DNA of 64,000 bases from Octopus vulgaris (taxonomy: Eukaryota). Numbering within the stretch: position 1 is the first letter of the stretch; the number at the start of each line of letters is the position of its first letter. A program made the position numbers and the translations under genes. The notes under the pieces were generated by a model. That model was not told the DNA's origin. It saw only the letters and a program-made list of their open reading frames with translations, and did not search any database. Of this stretch, positions 39,866 to 53,875 are shown in pieces. Where the stretch lies: positions 69,068,001-69,132,000 of the forward strand of contig OX597815.1 in NCBI GenBank assembly GCA_951406725.2. The letters run 5' to 3'.

Positions 39866-41844
39866 TAGTCAGTGTATCCTCTACAAGGTCCCATGACTGT
39901 TGGTGTAGATTTGGATGGAGGGTGGAAACTCCACTTTTCAAATGTGGTGCCAACTATGTCTGAATAGGTGGAAGTGGGGACACTCACAAGCCTCTGGCTG
40001 TCAGATTGTGTTATGGAATGGCTTCTGCTAAGTAGGAGAGTTTGCCAGATGTCCTTCTTGTTGCCAAACCTCACATTTTTCTAAGCAAGGTAATATTTCC
40101 CTGTGTTTTTGTAGAATATTGGAAACAAAAGACAATGCTTTAGAAACACATGAGAGTTGGTAAGAGTATCTGACTGTAGAAAATCTGCCTCAACAAATTC
40201 TGTCTGACCCATGCAAGCATGGAAAAGTGGACGTTAAAAACAATGATGATGAAAGTGATGGGGATTGGTTTTCGGTTCTTGTACTTTGAGTGTCTGCTCA
40301 GGCATCTTATCACCACCATCTCTGTCTTCTTTTTGGCTCCTCTCACCCATCCTTATATAATGTAGAGTAGCCATATATCTCTTCTGTAGCAAGACACCTA
40401 TGTTTGTCTCTATCATATTTTAACCTCTCAACACCTGGCATAAAACCACCTCCCTGTCTCCCACATACACTCTCCACTCTGTTGAGGAAACCTTTTTCCT
40501 TTTCTTGCAAATTACTTTTTATGCTGCCAGCTTGTGTTGGTGGTGGAAAAAAAGTACCCAGCACACATATAAAGTGGTTAGCATTAAGGAGAGCATCAGA
40601 TCCTGTCAAACAGTCTGTCCAACACCTGCCAGCATGGAACATGGACATTAAATGCTGATGATGATGTTTCAAACAAAGCATTAGACTCAACAGTTTCATA
40701 TCCATATAGATTTTTTTTCTCTGCCAACAAAAGTTAAAAAATTAACAATCTGATGATAGCATGAGATGAACTATAAGTTAGAATACAATGTTAGGAAATT
40801 CCACTTATCAACACAGGTAACCTTGGCCAAAAGTTGTGTATAGTAATGGTGGCATGTAGGTCACTTTAATCAGTAAATCTGACAGAAAGAAAAAGGACAA
40901 TAGCTCTTTTGAGATTTCTAGCATTTATCACAAAATATTAAGTAGGTTAAATCTAGAACAGGAATCCAGTTTTTATTTGTGTGAGCATAATGTATTGTAT
41001 GTGGGCGTAGGGGTGAATGTTAATAGCTGCCAGCAGAGAGTTTCCTTATCAGTGAAATGATAACCGTTCTGTTATCACTTTATCATGTTGATTTGGTTTG
41101 AGGAGTAATTTATCACACAAATGTGTGATCAGAAAGATCAACAAAAATGCACTTCTCTAAATCAGTCACATTTAACATTAATTTAAAAATTAACAATGTG
41201 AAATTGTGGTGCAAGCTTATGTTGGCTATGATTGACTAGATGTGGCAAATGGAACTGTTCTACAGGCAAAGAGTAGCAACCATTGGAGGAGGCCAAACCT
41301 GACTTCACTGCATTTGACTGGAATATATTTAAATAAGTTAAAATCATCATCATCATAATTTAACATCTACTTTTCCATGCTTGCATGGGTCAGATATAAT
41401 TTGTTGAGGCAGATTTTCTACTACCAGAACCTTTCTTGTTGCCAACCCTCATCTGATTTCAGGTAATGTAATAGAACATTACCCCTTGTTTGGACTGGAA
41501 ACAACAACATTGCTTGTATAATGCTCATTTTATTACGTGAAGACAAGGGGACGCGCACGCACACATGCACACACACACACACACGCACGCACACATACAC
41601 ACACACACACACACACAGTGTCCTTTGCTTCCAATCTTCTGTAAAAAAATATCTGGCCATGGAAAATATTACCTTACCTGGAAGCAGAATCGATTACAGG
41701 TAGGGCATCTGGTCATAAAAAAAATTTGCTTCAGGGGATTTTATCTGACCCAAATGAGCATGGAAAAGTGAACTTTAAATGATGATGACGATGCGTAGTG
41801 AAAAGTTGTTTTGGTTTTTTTTCTCCCCCTTTATTGTTATCTCA

Positions 41845-42449
41845 GATCTTTACCTTTTGACCTACAAATTTTAAAAATTACTTTTTGTAACTAAACACTT
41901 TCAAACTTCGGACACTGGTAGAATGTGTCATATAAAACATGTTTTACTCTTAACATTTTTGAGAAAAACTTATATTTATGAAGTAATTTCACCTTAAAGT
42001 TCTCGTATTTTGGTAATTTCAACCAATCAATGACGTGTATTCAGCTGAATAAAATTACTGCTGTTTGTCAACAAGAACTTCCAGCGGTGTATATTTCGTT
42101 TGTCACTGTTATTTATGACAACCCTAACCCTAAAATCTTAAACCTAACTTTAAAACCCTAACCCTAAAACCTTAAAACCAGTACAAACACACGAATGATG
42201 TCATAAATAACAGTGACAAACGAAAAATACACCACCGATAGTTGTTGTTGACAATACACGTCTTTGATTGGTTGAAATTACCGAAATACGAGAACTTTAT
42301 GGTGAAACTACTTCCTAAATGTAAGTTTTTCTCAAAAATACTAAGAGTAAAACATGTTTTATATGACTCATTCTACCAGTGTCCGAAGTTTGAAAGTGTT
42401 TAGTTACAAAAAATTATTTTTTAAATCTGTAAGTCAAAAGGTAAAGATC
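41845..42449. mobile_element. Complete long-TIR fold-back element (Mutator-like) with CCCTAA-like core
   Basis: ~270-bp inverted arms GATCTTTACCTTTTGAC...GTCAAAAGGTAAAGATC; flanking direct repeat TGTTATCTCA (8-10 bp target-site duplication). Confidence 0.88.
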
Positions 42450-42754
42450 TGTTATCTCATGGAGGGCACAAAGGTTGCTTGACAAGTTATCTCAAATAGC
42501 AATTATCCTAAGATAAAACAGATACACTGGGGAAGAGCATTTGCATTTGGAAAGACAAACATTCTAGTGTTGATGGCCAAATGAACCTCCCTGGACTTTA
42601 TTTCTTTCTCAAAGGAGATTGTAGAGAAGGGCTTCAAAAGTTTTCCTTTCTAAATAAAACCTCTGTTCAAGCAATCCTAGCATGTAAAATTGACAATTGA
42701 TAAAGCTTTTTTATTAACTTACTGTAATTAATGTTTGTTTCCTCCCTTTTGTAG

Positions 42755-42808
42755 GTAAATCCTCGTGATAACTGCCTGCTCTTTGAAGTATTTGATGAAA
42801 ACAGATTG
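42755..42808 (+). CDS. NEDD4: NEDD4-family exon, C2 domain: VNPRDNCLLFEVFDENRL
   Basis: cttttgtag acceptor, gtatgt donor, phase 0/0; matches NEDD4 VNP...LLFEVFDENRL. Confidence 0.96.
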
Positions 42809-43786
42809 GTATGTGTATTTTTTAAATATCATTAAAGGTTTGTGTGGTTACAGAAATAGAAGATTGGACAAAGTTCTTGACTTTTTAGCCTTAAACTGTC
42901 TGTTTAATGAGAGTGTGTGGCCTAGTCTTTAGTGTTGCACTCCCAGTCACAGAATTGTGGTGTACCTCAACAAAATTCTCAATCAATTTTACCCACAATA
43001 TTCAAATTATTTACTAATTAAGTAGTTGATTACCATCTTGAAACAGAAAACAGCTTAAATAGTATTTTGAAATTAAATTTTAAGATATTTATTTTTTGAA
43101 AACTTGCTTATTCTTTTTGTCTAATAGATCAAGCAGTTAATTTGTAGTTTGTAGTCTTATATACGAGTTACATCACATGTTCACACATTAGATGTATGGA
43201 TGGGGTTGAGTTGTAGTTTTTTTAAATGACAGTTTTGTTTTTGTTGGGTGTATTATATAACATGATTTGGATTATGTCCAGTTAAATAGTATGCGAAATA
43301 ATTGGGCATATAATTCAGTGTTGGATATGGTGGGTGTATTGATATATATATATATATATATATATATCATCATCATCATTGTTTAACATCTGCCTTCCAT
43401 GCTGGCATGGGTTGGACAATTTGACAGGAGCTGGCTTGGCTGAAGACTGCACCAGTCTTCTATGCCTGTTTTGGCATAGTTTTTACTGCCATGCCCTTCC
43501 TAACACCAACCACCCTGCATAGTGGATTTAGTGCTTTTTACATGGCACCAGCACAGGCAAGGTCAGTTTTGGCATGGTTTTTACAGCATGGTGCCCTTAT
43601 AAGAATATTAGATTATACTGGATAAAGATAAGTTTTGCAAACCTATCACAAGTGTTTGATTGACATATAATCTTGTAGTTATAAAAATATAGTATTTTCT
43701 TTTAGATTACAAGACCAGTGTTTTTGTTTAAACAATTATAGCATTTATGGTTTACATGAAATATTTTGTTTATCCTTTCTTTTCAG

Positions 43787-43899
43787 ACTAGAGATGATTT
43801 TCTTGGACTGGTGGAAATTCCACTCAATCACACCAGTATTCTCACAGAACGCCCTGGTCGACGTATTCCGACAAAAGATTACATCCTTCGGCCACGCAG
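43787..43899 (+). CDS. NEDD4: NEDD4-family exon, C2 domain: TRDDFLGLVEIPLNHTSILTERPGRRIPTKDYILRPR(S)
   Basis: ttcttttcag acceptor, gtacta donor, phase 0/2; matches TRDDFLGQVDVPL...KDFLLRPRS. Confidence 0.96.
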
Positions 43900-45654
43900 G
43901 TACTACTTTCTATTTTTGTCCCACCTGTCAGTCAATTAGTCATGCTCTTTCTCACCCTTTGATATTCTTTCTCTCTTTTTTTGCCATATGTCTCTGTCTG
44001 TCTATCTGTCTCTCTTTTCAAATCAGTGAATTTTTCTAAAGTTATTTGAGTTTATAAAAGTGGGAAAACAAATGAGGCAAATGTGCCCTTTGAACAGAAT
44101 GGGAGAGGTGGCATAGGTATGGATGGCTGTGTGGCTAAGATGTTCACTTACTAACCACATGGTTTCAGGTTCAGACCCACTGCACAGCACCTTGGACAAA
44201 TGTCTTCGGTAGCACTGAGCTGACCAAGTCCTCACAAGTGGATTTGTTAGATAGAAACATTGTGGAAGCCTGTCATGTGTGTGTGAGAGAGAAGAGGGAG
44301 GGAGAGAGAGAGTTTGTGTGTAACCCTATCTTCATTGTAAACAAGTATCACCATCATGCAAGCAATCTTGTTCATTGCCAACCATCCTTGAAAAACACGA
44401 TTTGGCCATGAGGAAATATTACCTGCTTGGAAATAGGTGAGGTTTGGCAACAGGAAGGAAACCAAGTGATGGAAAATCTGCATCAGCAAATTCCATCTGA
44501 CCCATGCAAGCATTGAAAAGTCGGTGTTAAAACAATCAGGATGATAATACTATTGTCAGCTTCAGTTCAAATCAAATGTGCTTACTTTGAATGTGGCTTT
44601 GGGGTTACTAAATGTGGTTAAACCTAGAAAAGTCTCTACTTTTCTGTGAGCACCTTGACAAACTGAAGATTTGAACCTTCTGTTGCAATGCTTCTTTGGA
44701 AAGTGTATCCATAGACTCAGATTGCATTGTGAATGAAATATGGTAGACAGTGTATGAAAGCACTTGGGCTGTAGTTTTAATTAAAATAGTCAAACTGGTC
44801 ACACAGTTTCAAACTGATGTGGGTATCGGTATGGAATACTCAACCTCTTATGCTAGAACTCAGTGAATAGCTAGTTGATACCATCTTTTATCTTTTACTT
44901 GCTTCAGCCATTAGACTCTGGCCATACTGGAGCATCACCTTGAAGAGTTTAGTCAAAGTAATCAACTCTTGTACTTATTTTGTCAGGTTCTTTTGCTGAA
45001 TTGCTAAGTTATGGGATCATAAACAAAACCAACACTGGTTGTCAAGCAATGGTGGGAGATCCATATAAGTACACACACAGTTTCTTTGTGTGTCTGTGTT
45101 TGTTCCCTCACCATTGCTTGACAACCGATGGTGTGTTTATGTTCCCGTAACTTAGTGATTTGGCAAAACAGACCGATAGAATTAGTACTACCCTTACAAA
45201 GAATAAGTCCTGGGGTCTATTTGTTCAACTAAGGGTGGTGCTCCATCATGGCCGTAGTCAAATGACTGAAACAAGTAAAAGAATAAAATAATATATGAAT
45301 GTGTGTGTGTGGTCATCCTTTAACATTCACTTTCCATGCTGGCATAAATTCGATGCTTTGACAGGATTCTGTAAGCCACAGGGCTTCATTAAGCTCCAAT
45401 GTCAACTTTGGCAAGATTTATATGCCTGGGTGTTCTTTCTGGTGCCAACTACTTTACAGATTGTACCGAGTACTTTCTCATGTGATTGGTGTTAGTGAAG
45501 TTGCCAAGCAACTTGTAAGAAAGAAGAGAATTGGAAAAAGAAAGAAAAGGAAAAAAATCTTGCTGACTAAATGGGGTACATGGGTTAGTATTTGAGAGTG
45601 GGATGCATGCATATGTTGATGTATAATTTATTGCATTACTTTTGTGCTCCACAG

Positions 45655-45766
45655 TTCCCGATCAAGAGTACGTGGCCACCTATGGATATATCTTGCATTC
45701 TATGCACCTGAAGGGGAAGTAGACGACACAGAAAATCAAGAAGATACTGCATCAGCACAGTCGGAG
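45655..45766 (+). CDS. NEDD4: NEDD4-family exon, end of C2 and acidic linker: (S)SRSRVRGHLWIYLAFYAPEGEVDDTENQEDTASAQSE
   Basis: gctccacag acceptor, gtagat donor, phase 2/0; matches SHKSRVKGFLRL. Confidence 0.93.
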
Positions 45767-47650
45767 GTAGATAATGATAAAAAATTAATTTTTTCATTAA
45801 TATTGTAGAAAATGATTTACATCTTTATTTCGAAGGACATTTTTATTTTGTTTTTGTATTTGGCTTGCAAGATTTTTGATGTGAAATCATGTGTTGAAAC
45901 AGATTTTGGTATATCTAGGGAGGTTCATTATGCCAATAATAGATACACACACTGATTTTGTGTCACTTTTGTAATTACTAGTCAACTGGTTAATGATTTA
46001 ATCATTTAACAATTGATTAATTGTTCAGTCAATCAATCAGTCAACTAGGTCCGTCCAAGTTCTTCTGTTGCCATTCACAACCTCATCAGTAACATGCCTT
46101 CTCTACTCCAGATCTGCTTCAGGTCTATCTGTCTGTTTGATTTCAGTTAATGAAAAAAATTTCATTTCTAAATTAGTTTTATTTTATAAAGATATTTGAT
46201 TGGAAAAATGATAGTGATAGTGACATTAAGATCTAAGTAATCTTTTTCTTAAAATCCCTTTTTTTTTTTTTTCACACAAAAGGAAAATGTGACTGATGTA
46301 AAAAGGTAGTAAGAAATTCTAGGGTGAGCATGAATAGCAGAAGATCTTGAGAGAGGAACTACCTTTCCCCTCCGCCTCATGCAAGTGTTTCATCCCCTTA
46401 ACTCTTTACACTCTGAGGGGGCTGGGTCACATCCAAGTTATGACTCTGGGATCCCCCTCTGCTGTAACATTCTCTCCTATTGTCTGTATTGCAATACTCT
46501 TGGGTGGTTAAAGTGCCCCCAGAGCCAAGGTATCTTGGGTGTCACAACCAGTTTATTCTGAGAAACCAGTTGACTGTAGTGTAAATTATATCATTTGAAA
46601 CTGACTTCCATCCCTTGATCTTGTACCCATGTGTTCAAGCCTTAATATTGAAAACTATTGTGCAGTACCTTTTACCAGGTACTTACTGTTTGTCAACATG
46701 AGTTACATATATTGTCAGTCATTAGCCTTTTTGTTACTATATTTCTGTTGAAACGAACTGCCTTTGTGTCAGTTGCTTTTTGAAATAATGAGGAATTTCG
46801 TAAAATAATTATTGTTAAACTGGTGTTTAGAACATAAATTATCATGAAATTCTGATGGAAGGTTTTAATTTAGACTAATTTAAACTGGTGAAGTTTGTAT
46901 AAAAGAACAAGGGATGTTCTCAGACAATATGGCCTACCTGGGTGATAAACTTATTCTAATGCCTGTTTTAACAACACTACAACTTCCTTGTAGGTACCTT
47001 TGGGTATCTTTAGCAGAGTTTACTCTGTTGCTAGCATTCAGACCAGGTTTCCATGCTCTTGTCAAAAAATAAAAATAAGTTTTACTTGTTTCAAGACTAG
47101 TGGAGACCTTTATGTGAAAGCTTGACCCGCTAGAAATAAAACTAAGCCTTCTTTCAATCACACCCTAACATCTTGAGGAAGGAGGACACATGAAACAATG
47201 TAGTCTTAGATAAACTTTGAGAATGGAATAAGCAAAGTTGGAATGCCTTTAATTGTACATCAACTAGATCAGTTAAACAACAACAACAGTGACAACAACT
47301 CGTTTCGTTGTTCGGTTATTGGCAGTAGCAAGGTAATCTAGTTCATCATCATCATTTAACGACCACTTTTCCATGCCTGCATGGGTCAGATAGAATTTCT
47401 TAAGACAGATTTTCTACAGCTGGTTGCCATTCCTGTCACCAACCCTCACCTGTTTCCTAGCCAAGTAATGTTATCCTATGGCCAAGCATATTTTTCACAG
47501 AAGATTGTAAATGAATGGCACTCATTTGCAACCATCATGTTTTGTCAAGATGAGGAGGTGGCAAGGGACACCCATGCACAAATAAACGACAGGTAAATTA
47601 TTTAGTTAAGGGAAACAAAGATTTCTTTTTTGTTCTCCAAGGAAATAGCC

Positions 47651-47878
47651 TTAAACCTTTAGCATTCAGATTACTCTGTCAAATGTAATACTTCTTTATT
47701 TACATTGTTTTTAATTAATCATGTGCTATCTTATAGATTCAAGATTGATATAGTGTGATTGTTTGCTTTTAGATTGACATTGTAGGATAGTTGTGAGTCA
47801 CCTGATCTGGCTGGTTTGAATGTTAAACAGGTAGACTATTTTGGCCAAATATGGCTGGTTTAAATGTTAAAGGGTTAA
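47651..47878. mobile_element. piggyBac-like MITE, family A
   Basis: TTAA-ACCTTTAGCATT ... AATGTTAAAGGG-TTAA. Confidence 0.72.
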
Positions 47879-48266
47879 TGGTTGTAGTCGTTAGAGCTCA
47901 AAACTGTCATCATTAAAATCATCATTGTTTTCATTTCTCCACTTTGTCCATGCTTTGGGAAGCAGCTTTATGCTAGGAAATGTGAGGTTAGAGTATGAAC
48001 AAAGGGGCCAGAACAGAAAAGAGTGGCTGAGAGTAACCAAGTGGAGCTGAAAAGTCATAAACATAATGATCATGAAGTGTTAGGATGAATCCTTGAGGTT
48101 GCAAGAAGGGAAATATACATTTGAGTGGAGACAGAAGAACTTGGGACTTTGGCTGGAACAGAATTTGTAAACCTGCTCCATTTCACCTTTCTGGTATGGA
48201 TCGATAGATCTAAAAGAGTGAAACAAAATGCTGTGTGTGTTTGCATGTACACACGTGTATTTATAA

Positions 48267-48611
<345 letters not shown>

Positions 48612-48890
48612 TGAAAAAGCAGAAAATCATGCATGCACACATACATGCATACATATGTATGCATACACCTGCACATATTCATGCACACATATAAATACAT
48701 GCATAGACATTCTAAGTATACTTGTGATTTTGTATTTCAAACCATTTAAGCAGTCAGAAAATATTTATGAGTGGTGAACTATGAGTATTTATTGATAGAG
48801 GAAAAGACCAGAGACCTCTCACTTAAGAAAAGATTGGTCTAGTTGCACATGAAAAAAATATACACACACACACACACACATATTCACACA

Positions 48891-50808
48891 AACTGCTGGA
48901 TCAGGTAATGAAGGTCACGGAGAGGGTAATAGCCCAACTAATTAGGGAGAGAGTCTGCTTAGATGAGATGCAGTTTGGTTTTGTGCCAGGTAGAAGCACC
49001 ACTGATGCTATATTCCTGGTACGGTAACTGCAGGAGAAATACCTAGCCAAAGATAAACCCCTATATTTTGGTTTTGTGAACTTGGAGAAAACCTTTGACA
49101 GGGTCTCCCGATCTTTTATCTGGTGGGCAATGTGGAAACTGGGGATTGCCGAATGATTAATAAGGGCTGTACAGGCCCTATACAGAGATGCCATTAGTAA
49201 GGTTAGGGTTGGCAATGAGTATAGTGAAGAATTCCAGGTAGAAGTAGGGGTCCACCAAGGATCAGCCCTCAGCCCCCTCTTATTCATCATAGTCCTCTAG
49301 GCAATAACAGGAATTCAAGACAGGTTACCCCTGGGAGCTTCTCTTTGGTGATGATTTGACCCTCATAGCAGAATCACTACCAGAACTAGAAAAGAAATTT
49401 CAGGTTTGGAAGCAAGGTTTAGAATCGAAGGGCCTGAGAGTCAATGTCGCAAAGACCAAAGTTCTAGTAAGTAGGAAGGCGAACACATCACACACCTCTT
49501 CATGTAGGTGGCCCTGCTTGATCTGTAGAAAAGGTGTAGATAGAAACTTCATAAGATGTACCCATTGTAAGCTATGGACGCATAAGAGGTGCAGCAACAT
49601 CAAAGGAAGATTAACCGGGAAGATAGCTTTCATGTGTGGCAGATGCGCAGGAGCAATAAACACCACAGATGCTCAGAAGACAGATTCCATCACATTCCAG
49701 GAGGGAGAAACTAGAAGTAGTTGAGAGCTTCTGTAGTAGGATTGGATGCTCAGAGAACATTACCACTAGAATAATAATAGCCTTAGAAAAGTTCGGAAAG
49801 TTTCTACCAATACTGGTGACAAAGGGCCTCTCGCTCAGAGCGAAAGGTAAATTGTACAGTGTATGTGTGCAAACTGCCATGCTACACGTCAGTGAAACAT
49901 GAGCCGTGACTGCTGAAGACATGCGTAGGCTCGAAAGAAATGAAGCTAGCATGATCCGCTGGATGTGTAACGTCAGTGTGCACACACGACAGTGTTAGCG
50001 CCCTGAGAGAAATGTTGGACATAAGAAGCATCGAATGTGGTGTGCAAGAGAGATGTTTGCATTGGTATGGTCATGTACTACGGATGGATGAGGAGAGCTG
50101 TATGAAGAAGTGCCACTCCCAAATGCCAGAAGGAATCTGGGGTAGAGGGAGACCCAGGAAGACATGGAATGAGGTGGTGAGGCATGACCTTCGAACTTTG
50201 GGCCTCAATGAAGCAATTATGAAAGACCGTGACCTCTGGAGATATGCTGTGACTGAGAAGACCTAGCAAAAAAAATGAGATCACAACTGTAACCTACACC
50301 AGTGCCACATAACTAGCCAACTCAAAAAGTATCTTTGGATCATAGGGCGACATGTCATGCTTGAGGAGACATTGAGTCAAGTACGACAAAATCAAATCAA
50401 ACCACATTCAAATGGAAATTGTAGTTGTGGTCCTCATGTTGGTGGCACATAAAAAGTACCATCCGAATGTGGTCGATGCCAGCCCCCTCACCCCAACTGG
50501 CTCCTGTGCCAGTGGCACATAAAAAGCACCATCCGTATGTGGCCGATGTCGGTGTTGCCTTGACTGGTTTTCATGCCGGTGGCATATATAAAGCACCATC
50601 TGATCGTGGTTGATGCCAGCCCCCTCTGGCCCCTGTGCTGGTGGCGCATAAAAAGCACACACTACACTCTTGGAGTGGTTGGCATTAGGAAGGGCATCCA
50701 GTTGTAGAAACACTGCCAGATCAGACTGGAACTTGGTCCAGCCTCCCAGTTGAACCATCCAACCCATGCTAACATGGAAGATGGACGTTAAACGATGATG
50801 ATGACGAC
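48891..50808 (+). mobile_element. 5'-truncated RTE-clade LINE (RT domain to (GAT)n tail), pseudogenised
   Basis: DEMQFGFVPGRSTTDAIF, VGVHQGSALSPLLF, LFGDDL, GRGRPRKTW; stops and frameshifts; four degenerate UTR repeat units at 50440-50660. Confidence 0.94.
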
Positions 50809-52960
50809 AAAGGACTGTGTATAAAATAGACTAAATATAATTACATAGTTGTCTTAGAATCCATAAGTAAAAAAAACAAAAACAGACACTTATATATTCA
50901 ATAAAGTGGATATATTTGCGAATATACAGGAGCTATCACCACTTTTTTCCATACCAGCCACTGACGGATGCACTGTTAGGTAATCACCTAATTAACAAGT
51001 TCCTATGTGGAAACAATTGGTAAAATCGGTTGAAATGGATTCATTATACTGTGTATTATAAAAATTAACGTTTGTGTGTGTATACATGCACAAGTCCATA
51101 AGCAATCTGTGCAATTCAAATTCATACTTAGTTGATGAAAGAGATTGGAATAACTACTTGGTGCTGTGAGGACCATCTCTGGATAAGACACCTTTGACAG
51201 TTCTATAACAGAAGTCGATTCTCTCAGCAACATGTCAGGTTTCCTCATATCATTGGTAGCTCCTTTCCTTCTTAAACCAATAACTGAGACAGGCCATGTA
51301 TGGAAAATTCTGATGTGGGTCGTTGGCAATAGAAAAGAATGTATTGATAGTGAAGAGTGATTCCATTGTGGGTATTTAGTGGCATCTAAGTTAGTTAGAT
51401 ACTGAACATTTATTTTGCTAATGTGCCTGTACACATTACCCTACTCTACATGTATGCTTTGATTTACCATTTGCAAAGGTTATTTTATCACTTGTGACCA
51501 CCTGAATGAAATGGTGTTAGGATGTTTACATTCCTTGTTGAAGTTATGATCAACTGGTCACTCTATGCTTATGAAAATCAGCTGAATAAAAATATAAAAA
51601 TCCCCTACTCAAAAAGCAGTTAAGGGTTGGTAGCAAGAAATGAGTTCCTCATCAATACATTCCATTATTGGGGTGGGGGTGGAGATTAAAAACTCCTCTA
51701 AGAAACAAGTATCAAAATAAACAAACAAATGAATTGCCAATTTAGAAAGAATTTCCTCTTTTGTTTGGAATGTGAAAAAATTAAATACTGCTTTTTTTTT
51801 TGATTTTGTGTTTTCATTTTTTTTTTTAGGTCAATTTTGTTTTAACTCCAGATGAATGAGTTTTTTGAAGTGTTTTTGAAAAACAGTGATTCTTTATGTC
51901 TAATTTTTCTTTGCTTTGCATTATATTTAAAAATTCTCACTCTACTCAGCAATTCCTTAACTTAATTTACTAAACCATCTAACGATAATGAATCTATTAT
52001 TACTTTATTAAGAATATTTTTTAATAAATTTGCTTTTATGAGATTAATTTTACTTTTCCTATTTTTAAGGGGCATCTAAGGTTATACTTGTTTGGTAGTT
52101 GTGTTACTAACAATGTTGTTGTTGATGCTCTATTTTAGAGCCTATCATATTACTTGAAGAGAAATCTGTAATTATTTCATCAGAATGACTGTTTGGTAGG
52201 AATCAAAAGAGTGTTGCCAAAGAGCTATGTTTTGTTTGTCTACAAAGGATGAGGATATTCATTTTTAATGGCAGCTCATAGCACCAACTAGTTGCTGCAA
52301 AATCAGTTATAAATCAAGTACAAATTCATTCCACTATTTTTTACTGACAAAAAACAAAAAAAAAAAATTTAATTAGAATAAGGAAGAATCAGTTTTTTTT
52401 AAAGCAGATCTACAAGAAAAAAAAAAAACCTCTGGAGATATACCAAGGTTGTTGTCTGTTCCCAATCAGAATCCATATTACTTTTATCAACATGGTCTCT
52501 CTCTCTCTCTTTCTCCTCCTCCTCTCTCTCAATAGGAAAAAAACTTTTGGCAAACTAAAACTATTTGTCTTTTATTATTTGTGATTGATTATTCTCGATA
52601 TTGTGTTAGATGAAATGCTATCTTTTTCCCTGTTGTGTGCATAATGGAAGCTGTATTCAGTACAAGCTGTTAACTTTTCCTGCAACTTCTTTGTGTGACG
52701 AATATCTTATTGTTTGTTTGTCAACTTAGTTGTTGTTGCTTGTGAAATATATACAATTTAGCTGGGTTAGTGTGACCTTTGAAAGGCTATATATGTGTGT
52801 GTACTTATATATATGTTTGTTTTATGTCAAGTTATAGGTAAAAATTTAACATTAAACTAGAGAATTATTCAATAATTCTTTGTAGAGTGCATGCTTATTA
52901 AAATTTCACAAGATGAGGTGTGACAGTGACTTCAAAGTTTTGCCCATCTAGTTGTCAGAC

Positions 52961-53029
<69 letters not shown>

Positions 53030-53875
53030 ATATACACACACATATATAAGGAAAACTGATGACAAGAAAAACAATGGTTATGTTATGAATTTCCTTAGCT
53101 TACAAGTGTTTCTGCTGCTATAAGATGCAATGGACTCAAAGTTGAGTGTCTAAATAGGATCCTATAGCTTTGTTAGAGTCCCATTATTAGTTTTGAAATG
53201 CCTAAGTGAAATGTATACACACGCGCACACACACACACACACACACATATATATGCATTTTGTTTCAATAATTACTCTTTGGGCTATATTTTTAATGGCC
53301 AATAAGTCAAATTTCTGTAAAAATGCTTCTGTTATTCTGTTGACCTCTGACCTTTGAAGATGTCAATGTTGCATTGTTGTTTGGATGTTAGGCTTACTAT
53401 TGTTGAGTTGTGGGTTCAATTCTTAAATAGAGCAGTGCATTATGTCCTTGAGCAAGCAGCTTCCTTCCACATTTCTCAACTGGTAGTGTGTCTTGGTAAC
53501 AGCTGGGAGTTAACCCTGTGATGTCTTGGCACCCCATTTTTGTGAGTAGGATTTGGTGGTCACTTAAACACCAGAGAAACCAGTTTCAAGCTCCAGCCTA
53601 ATAACTGGGCCTGTATGTTTGAAACACTCTAAATTCCATTAGTTTAGGTCAAATTATTTTAAAAAAATTTTTTAAACTTCAAGAATAGTATTGTATGATC
53701 ATAGTGTTTCACACATTGGAATATTCAGTAAAAATAAAAAGAACTCTAAAACTTAATCTTATTTATTTTTTGTGGGTCCCATTTTTTTCTTGATATTATT
53801 TAAAATCTTTTCCCAATCATGGCAAAAAAAAAAGAAAGTACCTAATTTTACATTGACTGTGGTTAACACTCTGTA

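Noticed and set aside
51003-51434. 143-aa minus-strand ORF in unique sequence
   Set aside because: No recognisable domain or splice structure; the plus-strand frames tested contain stops
53097-53180. Functional hammerhead in a Penelope-like end
   Set aside because: Core decayed to CTAACAA and helix I is weak; at most a relic
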